The position numbers and the translations under genes were made by a program. Source: Sarea resinae (lineage: Eukaryota). Taken from it: a stretch of 64,000 bases of DNA. The notes beneath the pieces were generated by a model. That model was not told the origin of the DNA, did not search any database, and worked only from the letters and a program-made list of their open reading frames with translations. Below, piece after piece: positions 36,448 through 49,631 of the stretch. The first letter of the stretch is position 1, and the number at the start of each line of letters is the position of its first letter. The stretch is taken from assembly GCA_026026165.1 (NCBI GenBank), contig JAPEUD010000022.1, forward strand, positions 186,001 to 250,000. Reading direction: 5' to 3'.

Positions 36448-37882
36448 CTACCGCTCGCCCTTCCATGCATTCTCCTCGCCATCGTCGCCCACGTGCCCAT
36501 TTCCATCTCCATCTTCATCGACCTCATCCTCAATGCCGCTCTCGCCATCGCCGTCTCGGAAAACATCGTGGCCGTTCCCGGCGTCCTCGTCCTCGGTAAA
36601 ATCGTCATGGTACGGTTCTCCGTCCGCCAGGGCCGCGACGCCTGCTTCCAGCCCCGGGATTCCGACCTGGTTCTCGAAGAGGCTGATGTCGTCGCCGCGG
36701 CTGCCAGTACCGCTCCCAGGGCGCCGGAGCGTCTCGGCCGCCGTCTGCTCGTCGGCGTCGTCCGAGTACTCGCGCGCCAGGTCTTCCGGGGCGGTCGCTT
36801 GCGCGTTGGCGTATTCCTCGGCTTCGAGTTGGGCTGCACGGGTCATCGTTCTGGGAGAGGGAAGTTAGTCGCTGGTACTGAGAGTGGGATTGCAAGAGGT
36901 AGACAAGGGGGAGAAGAGGTAAAATTACTTTCGATAGATCAACCAGCCCACAGTGGCTCCAATGATGCCTCCACCAATTATACTGGCCCAGTTGATTGCC
37001 TTGGTTCCCAGATCCATTTTGCCTCCGTTCTCGCCAATGTCCGCGAGCCTGGTGCCAATGAAGACGTGAATGAAGAGTTTCGGGGTTGCGATGATAGTGG
37101 CCAGGGCGAATTTCAGGGGATCTACGGTTGGGAAGGTAGACATGGCTCCGTTTGAGATCGAATAAGGTAACGGGCAGAGTCGGATCATGCAGAGAAGAAT
37201 GATGCCATCGTGCTTGAGGGTCAATGATAGTGCGGCGAAACGCTTGTCCTTTGCCACGAGCCGATGGACGTATTTGGAGAGAATTGTGCGAGATGCGAGA
37301 AAGGAGCAGACGGAGCCAATCACAGTGCCTGATGCAGCGATAAACCAGCTATTTGAAGGAATAGTCAGAAGATGCTCGCTGTATGAGGGAGGACATGGAG
37401 ACTCACCCATTTGGTAGTCCGTAGACAAAACCAGCGAGGGTTACAGACATGGAGTAACCGATCAGAGGTGGGAAAGCACTGCCAAAGGTCATGAACCAAA
37501 TGAGCAACCAGCCTCCACGGATGTTCCTCAGTTTGGCCGCATAAGGCGCCAGCCAGCCAAAGATCTTCTCGTTGAAGACCAAGAACAAGATGCCGACCGC
37601 CAGCCCCACCACCAAGGCAACGACAGCTGCAATCTTCTGCACAAGCGTCATCTTCTCCACCGTCCTATATGCCGTGCCCTGAAACTTCTGGGCGGTCCGC
37701 AGCGCCCTGTCCTTGAGGTTCCGCCATCGACGAGCGTATCCCGTCTGCTGCCGTCGACCGAGAGAGCTCGACCGCCGCGAGTCCCAGGACGGACGTGATA
37801 GGCTTCGGTGAGGAGAGGGAGAGTGAGTAGGTGAGATGGGGAGGGCAAGAGCCCGGGCCGTCGAATTGTAGTCGGCCGTCAT
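36448..37882 (-). CDS. TVP38: Golgi membrane protein Tvp38 (DedA/VTT family)
   Basis: Introns 37349-37406 and 36851-36928; several TM segments, [39 protein letters not shown]; acidic tail. Confidence 0.92.
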
Positions 37883-39072
37883 CCTAACCGATGAGCCGCC
37901 GGCGTCCCGCGGCTGCTCGCCGTCGATCAAGGAGTGGTGAGGGCACTTTTCGGTGATGGGATCAGATCTGCCGAATTGTTGATTTCTGCGATGATGATTG
38001 CTAATGGCCCAGTAGAGACAGGCGCTGTCGAAACAGCTCAATTGATGCCGTCGGTGACAACGATGGTGCAGGCCGAAGCAGGAAAGCAAAGCCGCTGGTC
38101 CCGAAAAGCGATTGGCAAATGGATACGAAGACGTGCAATTCGATGGTGGGAACTGAGTGCGAGAGCGAGAAGAAGACGTCGAGATCGACTATTTCATGCT
38201 GATGGCCGGAGCAAGGCGGCACTGATGAGAACTATGGGAGCTCTCACAAGCCCTGGTGTTGGGCTGACTGAGAGGACGGCACCCGCACCAGAGCTTACGC
38301 TGATGCGACAGTACCCGGCATCTACATTGTGAGACTGCCAATCTCGTCGACGTCTCGGGTCCCTCCCCGGTACTTCTGCCTCACTGACAGCTCAGGAGCA
38401 CCTCACTGGCTATGTCATATCTGGCACCCTTAGATGAGTCCTGCAATGGAATATCCAACACCGGATTGCGTACTCGTCTGCATGTATGCACGCACGCAGT
38501 GGACGTGGATCATTGATCCATGAGGATCGCAATGATCCGTCAAGTGAGACTGTTCGATGATAATGCTCATTAGGGGCTCTTCTGCTCTTCTGCTCTTCTG
38601 CTCTCCCCGTCAAGGCCTCCCTCCCTCGTCATGGCCGACGTAAGGCTGGAGGTACCCTGACCATATATAAGGTACGAGCACTCGAGTACGATAAACGCCG
38701 CCCACGTTCCTGAGTCCCCCCCCCCTCTGCCCTCTCACCCCCCCCCATGATCACTATCAACACAACAATCACGACCCTTGGATCCTTCACGCCATCACCA
38801 TCACCATCACCATCAAGTGCCCATCGACATGTAATCGTTGCAAGGCCATCTCGGTGGTTTCTCCCCCCAAAGTGAATGGATTGATTGATTGATTCAATGC
38901 GACCTGCCCTCGTCGCAGCTCTCCGAGCTATCTACCTACCTTACCCTTCTGGATCTACCTGCACCACCTCGCTCACCTCACCGCACCTCACCACCTCACC
39001 TGTAACCTCGTCATCGCATCTTTCCGTCGCCTCCACTGACCGCCACACGCGGCACTCTTCCTCGCCGCCAAC

Positions 39073-41579
39073 ATGGTATCCGACACGGTCTACGAGCTGA
39101 GTCTCCCCATCTTGCATGACACCTCTCTGGAAGAGGAAGACAAGACGGAGAAGCTGGAAGAGTTACTGAGGAAAGAGACAACGTTGAGTGGTGCGCCGCT
39201 GGAGAATGCGATATTAGATATCCTATGGCGCTTTCGCGACTCGGCCGGCAGCGACCACAAATCGTCGCCTCAGGTCCGTCACACGGTCGTGCGCCGACCT
39301 TCTCCTGCGCCATGGCAGATCCCTCGCGCCGCGACCCCCATGGCCTCCTCGCCCTCGACCGGGACAAGCCCTGCGATCCCCCCTGGCTTTACCGTTCCCC
39401 CGCCAGCCTTTCGAGCGAAATCGTCGGCCGCTTCTCCTTTCAGTTCCCCTCGGCCATCACCTCGACTGGCATTTTCGAGTCCGCAAATCCCCCACAGCCC
39501 CAGCTTGAATGCTTACGAGTTCACCGACTCGGGCTCGACGCCAGACATATACGGCGATTATGGAAGCGACACCGTGGACTGGCTCGTCAACGATGACACT
39601 GCAAGTAACGTGTCGGGCCACAGCGCGGATGGAGGCCTGAGCGCGACCGCGGCCTCGTGGATACAGCCACAGCAATCGGATATGAGTCCATTCGATATGC
39701 TCAGGTCCGTTCTCGGGGATGGCAAATCCGACGAGGAGATAGAAAATGCTTTGGAGACGAATGGATATGACCTGAGTGCCACTGTGATGGCCCTCATGGG
39801 CGATCAATCGGAAGCGCAACAAGCGCTGGGAGAGCACGACTCGACGGTCCTGGTCGGAAAGTCGATGAGCCCGCATCAGAGGCCCGTCACACCCTCAGGT
39901 TCTGGACGGAGTGGCGTCGTCTGCAAATACTGGCTGTCAACCGGCACATGTCTCCGGGCAGATTGCAGGTTCAGCCACGATCTAAGCAATCACATCTGCA
40001 AGTTCGTAACCTATCTGATCTTGTTGCATCCCACGCTGACTTGGCATAGGTACTGGATCATGGGCAATTGTCTCGCTGGCGATACATGCATCTTTTCGCA
40101 CGACCCATCCAGTCTCGTGAGCCGCCTGACCGTAGAGGACGAGACTCCTCCAATACAAAATACGCAAGCAAGCTTCCAGCTTCAGGACTACACTTCCTTT
40201 CCCTCACTTCAACCTACTCAAACCGACCATTGGGGAGGTCAGTATCAGAGCTACTCTCCAATGTACAGCAGCAGCCCTCTTGCACCGCCTCCTGGACTGA
40301 AAGCCGTTCCTTCCTACATGGGCGATGGATCTCTACGGGGGCGTCCCAACTCACGGCCTAGCAGTCGACATCAGTCGTACGAAACCACGCCATCCGTCCC
40401 CTCTGTAGACGACACCGAAGCTTTTCCGTCACTCGGCTCGGCCGTCGGAAAGGGTGGTAAGAAGCACCACGGTAAACGTGGCGGACATGGCCATCATCAG
40501 AATAAAGACACCAAAGAGAACACGCCCAATTCGTTGGCGGACTTGGTCAGGATGTCGCCGTCCCCGGGCCCAGCACAATCACGAAAGAACATGAAAGCAG
40601 CAAAGTCTCAGACAGGCAGCCGTGAGAGTAGCGCCGCAGCCCAAGCCATTCCTGCGCCAAAGCGAATTCCCTGGCTCGAGACAGGAGAGAAGGCAAATAA
40701 AGCGTACCTCAAGGCGCGGCAAGATGCCATAAAACATGGTGGCCTGAGAAATAAATTTCTACAAAGGTAGCTCCTTTTTTTCCCTATTCATAAGAAAGAA
40801 CCACCTGACCGCCTACTGTAGTGCCGCACAAGCGTGGAACCGCAGCGACGCCCGCGCGGCTAAAGCTCTCAGTCTCCGTGGCCAGAGCGAAAATGACCTT
40901 ATGCGGAAAGCGCACCGCGAAGCCGCCCGTCTTCTTTACGAAGAGCGAAACAAAGACGCCAGCGGCACGTCCGGCGAGCTCTACGTAGATCTACACGGTT
41001 CGTCTCCCCATCTTTTTCCTAGTCCTCGCAGCCACGTGCCCACGACCTTCATCCCGTACGCTGTATCCCGAAACTGACGCTCGCGCGACCGCCCCAGGCC
41101 TGCACCCCGAAGAAGCCGTCGAATACCTCTCGCGCGCCCTCCAGGACCACCAGGCTTCGTCTCGCGCCCTCTACGCCATCACCGGCACCGGCCACCACTC
41201 CAAGTCGGGCAAAGACAAGGTCGGCAAAGCCATCCGCGCCTTTTTGAACGAATACCGCTACGCCTATCGCGAGTTCTCCGTGCCGGGCGATAGGAACAAT
41301 GTCGGCGGCATCTTGGGCATCGACCCCAGCAGTTTCGATCGCGAGGTTCTCGCCGCCGCTGCCGCCGGCAGTGGCAATGCAGGTGTTGGCGAGGCAGTGG
41401 GATTGGGCGTGGGCGGTGCTGGACAGGAACAAGGACATGGACACGGCGCTAGTTTACTCTCCACGAAAATTAGACTCGTCAGGGAGGCCGAGCTTGCTGG
41501 CGCTGGTTCTGGTACTGGTGCTGGTTCTGGTGCCGGTGCCAGTGCTTCCGGCACATCATCTGAATCGGGAAGAAGCTAG
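39073..41579 (+). CDS. CCCH zinc-finger and Smr-domain protein
   Basis: Introns 40002-40049, 40767-40821, 40998-41097; two CCCH fingers (CKYWLSTGTCLRADCRFSH, CKYWIMGNCLAGDTCIFSH); Smr motifs YVDLHGLHPEEA and ITGTGHHS. Confidence 0.92.
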
Positions 41580-41699
41580 CTAGTTCGTTCTCAAGCACGC
41601 ACGCACGCAAGTAAATGAGCTCTAGGTGCTCTCTCTCTCTCTCTCTCGTAATTTGATTCAGGAGTTGCAAATCAATACCCCCTCCCTAACGAGATCAGA

Positions 41700-41810
41700 T
41701 TAAGTCAAAATCAAATCAAATTAAACCAAGTCAAATCAAATCCAATCATACCAAGTCAAATCAAATGATATCAAATCCAAATCCAAATCCCAAATTCAAA
41801 TTCAACTATT
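41700..41810. repeat. Degenerate (CAAAT)n simple repeat
   Basis: Repeated TCAAA/CCAAAT units. Confidence 0.8.
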
Positions 41811-42798
41811 CACGAAAGCGTGTCTTTTTGCCTCCTCCTCCTGCCTCATCTGTGTGAGATCGAGGTCACTGACTCACCGACTCAATCACTCACTCAATCA
41901 GTCAATTATTGATACCGTTACACAGACAGACAGATACCTGATAGACAGAGAGATAGATAATACGAGTATGAGTGAGTGAGTGAGTTGAGGAAATCTCCGT
42001 TTCTATCGTATCGTAGCAGCTAGATGGGCCAAAACCCCCCCTTTTCTTCTCTTCCTTTCTGTGTTCTCCTGCTTTCGTATTCGTATTCTCCATTCTCCAT
42101 TCTCCATTCCCTGTTTCCTGTTACCTGTTTCCTTGTTTCCCGGTTTCCGGTTTCCCGGACCTAGCACGCACGCACTCTCACCTCTCCTTTAACGGTACAG
42201 CATCGTTGTCTCGTAGAGGAGTGAACACGGACTCTTGAAACATGGATTGCCATAGTAGGAATTTTCTAGAGCTCGACTGTCTAGTGCTATGGATGAATGA
42301 AGTACACGTGTGAGGACCGCCTCTCTCCGCCTCCTGTGCCTCTCTCTTTATCTCTTCTTTCTTCTTTTTTTTTGTGGGAGGAGGTAGATTGGATCGCCGA
42401 GCGCTTTTGGTGGGTGGGTGGGTGGGCGAGTGATTGAGTGACTGAGTGAGTGTTGAGGCTGTGTCTAGGTAGGTAGGTAGGTATGTAGGTGGGTGGTTCG
42501 TGCAGTTGACGCTGGAGGACTGAGGGAGAGAGAGGGAGAGGAGGTGTAGAGGGGAAAGGAAAAGGGAAAGGGAAAGAGAAACGGGGGAAAATGCTGGTGG
42601 GTTGGGTTATTGTGTGTTTAGTTCGTTGGGTTTGGTTTGGGGTCGTGTATGCGTGGTCGTGGTCATCCTCTCGCCGGTTTGTTTCTCGTGCCTTTTCTTC
42701 TTTAGTGGTAGGTTCAGCTGACCCCGCTAGTCTGATAGCCGGGCTATGATATTGGATAGGATGTTAAATGCCCCTTCTTTTCCGTGGCTTTGCTGCAC

Positions 42799-44289
42799 TC
42801 ATGACGACATCTTCATGCCGCCACACGTCGAGCAGGTCCACCACTGCGTCTCCATGAAGGTGGCGCAGCGCGGACAGAGCCACCCGAGCGGCTTGTCTTT
42901 GTGGTCTACCGAAGACACCGAAGAAGAGGCCGACGAGGGGAAACGGAGGTGTTTCGAGGAGGACGAAGTGTGAGATGGCCGTGCGGGCGTATTTGGGTTC
43001 CGGGGGCGGTTTCGCGGGCCAGGCTTCGTGGAGGCGGCAGCTGGGTTCGCTGCTGCTGATGATGACGATGGTGGTGGGCTTAGAGACGCGGCTGGACGCT
43101 CGGAACCGCAGGCGTCGCAGCATAGGTAGCTGGGTGCGTTTTCGAGAGTGCAGATTGGACAGGCCCAGGGCTGGAGGTTGTAAGAAGATGGAGGTGGGGA
43201 TGGAGAACGTGATGCGGGTGGCGAGTCTGTGAGGTCGATGAGGTTGTCGTTGGATGGTGAGGCGGAATTTTTTAGGGTGGCGGGGGCGGGACTCGAGTGT
43301 CTGATTGCTGCTGGATGACTATGTAGTAGCACGGGGGGCGCAGCCGTAGGATAGCCCTGTCGACTGGTCGAGGCGTCGCCCTCGCCGGCATTACCAGCCG
43401 GATTCTCTGCGGATGGCGGCACGTACGAGTCGCCCCATTTCTCCTTCTCGTCTTCCTGCAGGAGCTCGATATACGCCTGCATAATAGCGCGCTCATTCGC
43501 ATCGTCTTCCTCGGCCTGGGTCCTGAAGCCGTTCCTGGAGGCCTGCTCCATGATCTCCTGGCTCTCTTTTATGCCCGACGCGCAGCCTTGCGTCACAGTC
43601 GCTCGTCGGGTCGCCGCGTCTGCTATCACTTGCCGCATATCTGTGCCGCGCAGCACAGGAGCGCCTCCGAGCTTCCTGCCCGAGCCGGCGGTCAAGTCTC
43701 GTCGTTTTTCGGCGGCGGCGCGGGCCTGGCGCCGGGCTTCGCTGAGCGGGATTCGTTTGCCGCCCAGCCGTTTGCCGTCGCAGAGGAAGCCTTCGCCCGT
43801 GTAGCCCTTGCGGAGGAGCTGCTCGTGTTCATCGCGGAGTTGGTTCCAGAGGGCGTGAAATGCCGCGTGGTGGGGGCCGTGCACGATGTGACATAGTCTT
43901 GATCATGGATCTCAGCATATATTGAAGAGACCGAGGAAGTGGGAGAGCACCTACTCGTGCATCATCGTATCGACGACCTCTTCCAGGGGAAGGAATTGCC
44001 TCTCGTCATACGGGTAGCGTAGTCGGAGACATATCTTCTCTCCCTTGTTCCAGTTGATACCTTCAGGGACGTGGGTTAGTGAAAGACTGTCAGCAGTATT
44101 GATATACGTACCTAGTAGATTCTTTTCTCGGGGGTAGAACTCGGTCAGGACGCCAACTCTCCATCCCCTCTGTCGCATGATGGGTTTGACGATGGAGGCG
44201 ACTTTGCGCAGTGTTTTGAGAGCTTCGGCCTCGCGGGGCTTGCCTTTGAGATGCTCGTAGGCAGAGATGGTACCCTCAGTCTCCCGCAT
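42799..44289 (-). CDS. WSS1: Wss1-like WLM metalloprotease with C-terminal RanBP2-type zinc fingers
   Basis: Introns 44061-44111 and ~43898-43954; VKPIMRQRGWRVGVLTEFYP, ICLRLR, HELCHIVHGPH zinc motif restored by splicing, WACPICTLEN...CDAC and WLCPRC...WTCSTCG. Confidence 0.92.
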
Positions 44290-44869
44290 GGTGAGGAGGG
44301 ACTTTTGCTGGATGCCTTGATGTTTTATGGCAAGCACCTGGCTCTGTGCGGAACAATAGGAATGGAAGAGCAGAAGCAGAGAAGGGAAAAGAAGAGAAAG
44401 CAGATGCTAGACAATGACGAGATCCGAATATATCATGGGCGCCCATGCATCGCATTCACCACACTACCACACTCTCACACTCTCACACTCTCACACTGAC
44501 CACACTGACACAAGCCTGGAGGCTCTGTCTCTCTGAAAGTCGATGCTGTTGTTGCTTCCATTAGAAATGTTATCCGGATGGGCACAGTCATCAATCAACA
44601 CTCGATCTAATCTTATCGCAACGTCTCGAGGTGGAAGTACCGCTACATCGTCACTGATAGCGATAAGCGTCTCCGCTTTTGTCTTTTGCCTTTCTCTCCG
44701 GCTCCGTCGCGTGGTATTCCGATCTCAGCTCTCCCTCCACATCATCAGGGCATCTCCAACACCATCGTCATCTTCGTCACCTCATCCGGGAACTTCACTC
44801 TCCTACCAACCAATTCACCCATCATCCGTCTCCGACATCACCTAAACCGTTGCCCTTGATACCGTCAGC

Positions 44870-46437
44870 ATGTCTGCCGACGACCAACATTTTCTCGACC
44901 TCGTAAGTCCATCGCCCTGCTTTGCCACATCTCATCCGTTCACCCATCATTAACCGCGCCCTGCCAGCTTTCCGCAATCCCAAACGACGTCAAGAAATAC
45001 TCCCTTGAAATTGCCGACTCAATCGATAGACATTTCGAATCCGTCGCCGCAACCCTGAGAGAGACTATCAACTCGTCGACATGGATTCCGCACACTGCAA
45101 AGCCTGCTCCGCCACCTCCCGCCTACTATCCTCCGCTACCCGTCGGCTATCTTGAAAGAGCCCAAGGCTGGGTCTCGAGGAATAGAGCCTTGACGGCTGC
45201 AATCTTGGCGTTTGTCGGGACGAGCGGGCTTATGATATACAGCCAAAACAAGGCATCTACTCGAAAGCGGCGAGCGAGACGGGCGAGCAACGGAGCCAGA
45301 AAGGAGGTCGTCGGTAGGTTTTTACAAGATCCCGATGTGTGATATAAAAGCTAACGATGGAAAGTCATTGCTGGATCCCCCCACGAACCCATCACGCGCT
45401 CGATAGCTCTCGATCTCGAACGTCGAGGCTTTATCGTCTACATAGTTGTGAGCACCGTGGAAGAAGAACAAGCCGTCCAAAACGAGGCCCGAGTAGATAT
45501 CCGGCCCTTGAACATTGACATTGTGGACGTAAGCTTCCCACTCGCTGCCCCCATCATATTGACTGACTCCCCCACCCAGCCAACATCCTCCCACACCTCT
45601 CTCGACGCCTTCGCCCGTCTCCTCCAAACACCGTACCATGCCTTCCCCGGCGCGTCTCCGCATAATCTCACCCTCGCGGGCCTCCTCATTCTCCCCTCAT
45701 TATCTTACCCCTCAGGCCCAATCGAAACCCTCTCGCCCTCCATCTGGTCTGACACCCTCAACACCAAAGTCCTCCACACTGTCACGACGGTCTCGACATT
45801 CCTCCCGCTACTAAAAGTGTTTTCGAACACGCGTCTCCTGCTCCTGACACCAAATATAATCTCGAGCCTGCAACTTCCTTTCCACGCTCTCGAGTCTGCG
45901 GCCGTGACCGCGCTCGAAAGTTACGTGAACTGCTTACGGAGCGAACTCGCCACCGCCGGAGGTTCCTCGTCTAACTACCCCAGCATCTCACACATCAAGC
46001 TTGGCACCTTCGACACGCTTTCCTCGTCGCCTAATGCGTCGTCGCCAGCTGCAGGAGGCGCCAACAGGTCCAACGTCAACAGTCCACGCGCCGACGTGCT
46101 GACCTGGGCCCCCTCCGCTCGCGCCGCCTACGCACGCACCTATCTCTCCCTCCATCCGTCCGCAACTTTCTCTTCCGTGAAGGGCTCGTCCTTGCGCGAA
46201 CTGCACGGCACGGTTTTCGAGGCTCTGACCTCGAGACATCCGAAGAGCACCTATCATGTCGGACGGGGGAGCGTCGCGTACGAGGTCGTCGGAGGCTGGA
46301 TGCCGCGCGGCTTAGTGGGTTGGATGATGGGACTCGGCAATACCCTGGGCGGTGCTAAGGAATTGGAAGTTGTCGAGGAGCTGGGTCCGGGTGTGATGGG
46401 CAGTTTGGAGTGGGAGAGGGTCGAGAGAGACGCGTGA
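44870..46437 (+). CDS. DUF1776-type protein (TM anchor plus degenerate SDR-like fold)
   Basis: Introns 44903-44967, 45314-45364, 45529-45579; MSADDQHFLD, TM segment then RKRRARRASNGARKEVVVIAGSPHEPITRSIALDLERRGFIVY. Confidence 0.85.
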
Positions 46438-48325
46438 GTATTGCAGAGGTTGGCTTGTCTCGTCTCGTTTGGTTTGACTGGTTTCAGTCGGTAGGCTCAA
46501 CTTGGATATGTTTCTTCTCTCGCCTCTTTCGTTCTGCACCGTTTAGCATCTTCGGTTGGACTTTAGTTATGCTCGAGCCTCTCGGTGGGAAGCTATCTCG
46601 GCCATGTCTTGTCTGTTGATGTGTCCTTTCCGTCCATCCCCTCTTCTCCCGCGTCTGTAGCCTACACTCTACTCTTCTATGCACATGTAGGAAGGCGTCT
46701 GATAATATCTCGTCTCTGCAAAGGAGTCGGCATCATAGAGTAGAGTAGTTGGAGTCATTCAATGGCACTTGGAAATGCACTGTACTGCGCATACCTGCGT
46801 GCCTAGGCACCTGTCTGGGTGTCGAAAAGGTCAAGCAAAGCTCGCATGATAGCTGCGATGCTGCCGTAGGAGAAGGCCGTATTCGCTCGGTATCTGATCC
46901 ATTGGATTCTGCGTCGGTGTTCTCCTTCCATTCATGCCCTCACCGTACGGCGTGCGCAGAGTAGGTAAGGTAAGGTACCTTGGCTGACCCGATCTACGAA
47001 CACGTGAACACGCTACCGTACCTTAGGTATCTTATCTGCCAACGTCTCCTAGCCATGCCATCATCGGCAATGAGATACTCCGTATGAGGTCCAGTGGGCA
47101 ACGATCGTCCAGGGCCGAGTGATGACGTCGGCCATGGCAGATTCGCAAAGCCGCTGACTCATCCAATTCGTCCATCCTCTCACTTGGTAAGAATCGCATA
47201 AGCAGGCGCACAACTCTGGTGCACTCCGTGGTCAGGTCGTAGGGAGTACGCAGTATGTAGTGTGTACAGCGTACGAGTACTCCGTAGCAAGTGTGTAAGC
47301 AATTGCAAATCCGTGGCGGGGGGATGGCGCCGGATGGGGCGTCTCTTATCGCGAATTCCGCGCGTCATCACTAAGCACCAGCGCCAAGCTTGCTACTCCA
47401 GGGCGACAGTCCTTACCTTACGTAGTAGCTCCGAAGCTCACTGTGCCTCAGAGTGAAGCTTGCTCGGGCATCGATGGTCATGGCTTGGTCAGAGAATCGT
47501 CAGCTCGCCGTTCCTGTAGAGGGACAGAAATGGACCAATGGGGCGACCATCGCAAATGCTTTGCTAATGCTGCGTAATAAGAATGGGCAGCGAGAAGTAA
47601 GTAGCTTAGTACGTATACTCTATTCTCGTACCTGACGCACTCCAAGGTAAGCTGGAACCCGCTCCGAGAGCTTCAGCGGAATGGAAGCGCGCGAGAAAGC
47701 CCCCCCCGTGAGTGTGAGGGAGAGAGAGAGATCCCAGATCGGTACTCGCCGCGCGGGCCATGGTGCGCAGGCAGTCAGGTACCATCGAATGAGCTGTTTT
47801 TCTTTTTTCATCTCTCTTCGTATTGGTTTCATGCAACTGGATACTTACTGTCCTTGCCTCCCAACTGACATGCTGTATGGTAATGCGAGGGCCGAAGACG
47901 CGCGGATCCATAATCACTTGGCTTGAGGCCCCCAATCGAGGGGGCCATTGGATGTCGTTGATGCTGGTTACATGCAGACACAGCGGAAGCTCTGGTACCT
48001 GATTTGAGATTGGCTTCCGAGCAGCTGCAGACGGGAGAGGAGGGGAGGGGAGGGGGGGGAGAGGGGAGGACAGAGAAGAGGGAAGGAGAGAAGGAGGGGA
48101 ATATATTTAGCCCGTCCCGCCGCCGCCCCGCGCAGTCCAGATATAAACACATTCCCATTCCTCCATCCTCGGACTCCGTCGTTGCTCTACTTAAAGCACA
48201 CCTCACTTCACTTCCCTTTCCTCCATCCTCTCTCAGATCCAAGCTCTTTTTGTCGGATCATTGAATCGAAAAAAGAAATAGAAAGCATCGTATCACAGAG
48301 AAATCGGTCAATCCATTCCCTCAAC

Positions 48326-49391
48326 ATGGCGCCCAAGATCGCAATCGTTTTCGTGAGTTCCCGTCCCCACCTCTCCCCTCTTGCCCTTCCTTCCCACTGA
48401 GCTCGCCGGCTTTCTGCACGACGTTGCCATATCTCCTCTGTTTTTCTCCCTTCTATTTAAACCCCACAAGGAACGATCCTCTCGTCTATGGTGTGCAACT
48501 GGCTGACTTTGGACAAACAGTACTCGATGTACGGCCACGTCCAGAAGCTCGCCGAGGCCGAATTGGCTGGTATCAAGGCAGCTGGCGGCTCGGCCGATCT
48601 CTTCCAGTAAGGCTGGCGTCCTCCTACTCCTCCTCCTCAACTCTTTCTTCCACCCCTCTTATCATCACATACATACCATACCCTCACGTCTCCGACGGAA
48701 GAGGCCCCTTACCATTCAACACACACACAAAACACACCTCAAACTAACCGCCCTACCCTCCCAGAGTCAGCGAGACGCTCCCCGAGGACGTGCTCTCCAA
48801 GATGCACGCGCCGCCGCACGACAGCACGATCCCGACGATCGACCCCAAGACGCTAGAGAGCTACGACGGCGTGCTCTTCGGGATCCCGACACGGTACGGT
48901 AACTTCCCCGCGCAGTGGAAGGCGTTCTGGGACCACACGGGGGCGCAGTGGCAGACGGGCGCCTACTGGGGCAAGTACGCGGGCGTCTTCGTGTCCACTG
49001 GTACTGCCGGCGGCGGCCAGGAGACCACCGTCATCTCCACCATGAGCACCCTCGCCCACCATGGCATGATCTTCGTCCCGCTCGGCTACAAGCACACCTT
49101 TTCCATCATGGCCGATCTGAGCGAGGTCAGGGGTGGCTCCGCCTGGGGCGCCGGCACCTTTTCCGTGAGTTTTCTTTCCCTTTCCTTTCCTTCCCTTTCT
49201 CCTTGGACCCCGCATCGCTCTCCCTCCTCTCTCTCTCAGAGATCAGCCAGCCCCCCACAACCCCCACCAAACTAACAGACGCCCTCCAGGCCGCCGACGG
49301 CTCCCGCATGCCCACGGAGAAAGAACTCGAGCTCGCCACGATCCAAGGCAAGACCTTCTACGAGGCCGTCGCCAAGAGCGCCGGCGCATGA
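48326..49391 (+). CDS. Flavodoxin-like NAD(P)H:quinone oxidoreductase (WrbA/Pst2/Ycp4 family), 204 aa
   Basis: Exons 48326-48352, 48521-48606, 48765-49164, 49290-49391; KIAIVFYSMYGHV, FGIPTRYGNFPAQWKAFWD, GGGQETT, GGSAWGAGTF; TATAAA at 48142-48147. Confidence 0.96.
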
Positions 49392-49631
49392 CTAGATGAC
49401 AGCAGCAAGGGCGCTCCCACTGGTACCACTACTGGTAATACTACTGCTGGTACTGGTGCGGGTGCGGGTACTGGCACGGCAGCGTCTACAAAGGAAGAAG
49501 AAGAAGGAGGCGTCAAGAACGGAGCTGGAGCTGGAAATGGAGCAGGGAAGGGCGGGGAACAACAACAGCAGCCGGGCAAAAAGGAAAGCGAGGGCCCGTG
49601 CGGTCTCCCCGCCAAATGCACCATCCTCTAA
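49389..49631 (+). other. Putative stop-codon readthrough extension (UGA CUAG) ending in CaaX box CTIL
   Basis: TGA 49389-49391 followed by CTAG; 79 open in-frame codons ending GPCGLPAKCTIL, then TAA 49629-49631. Confidence 0.8.

Noticed and set aside
36193..37155. 320-aa + strand ORF
   Set aside because: Antisense to TVP38 exons and its low-complexity 3' region; shadow ORF
41577..41618. TAG CTAG context at the stop of the CCCH-Smr gene
   Set aside because: The extension is only LVRSQARTHASK with no targeting motif, UAG is less leaky than UGA, and the CTAG looks like part of a GCTA repeat
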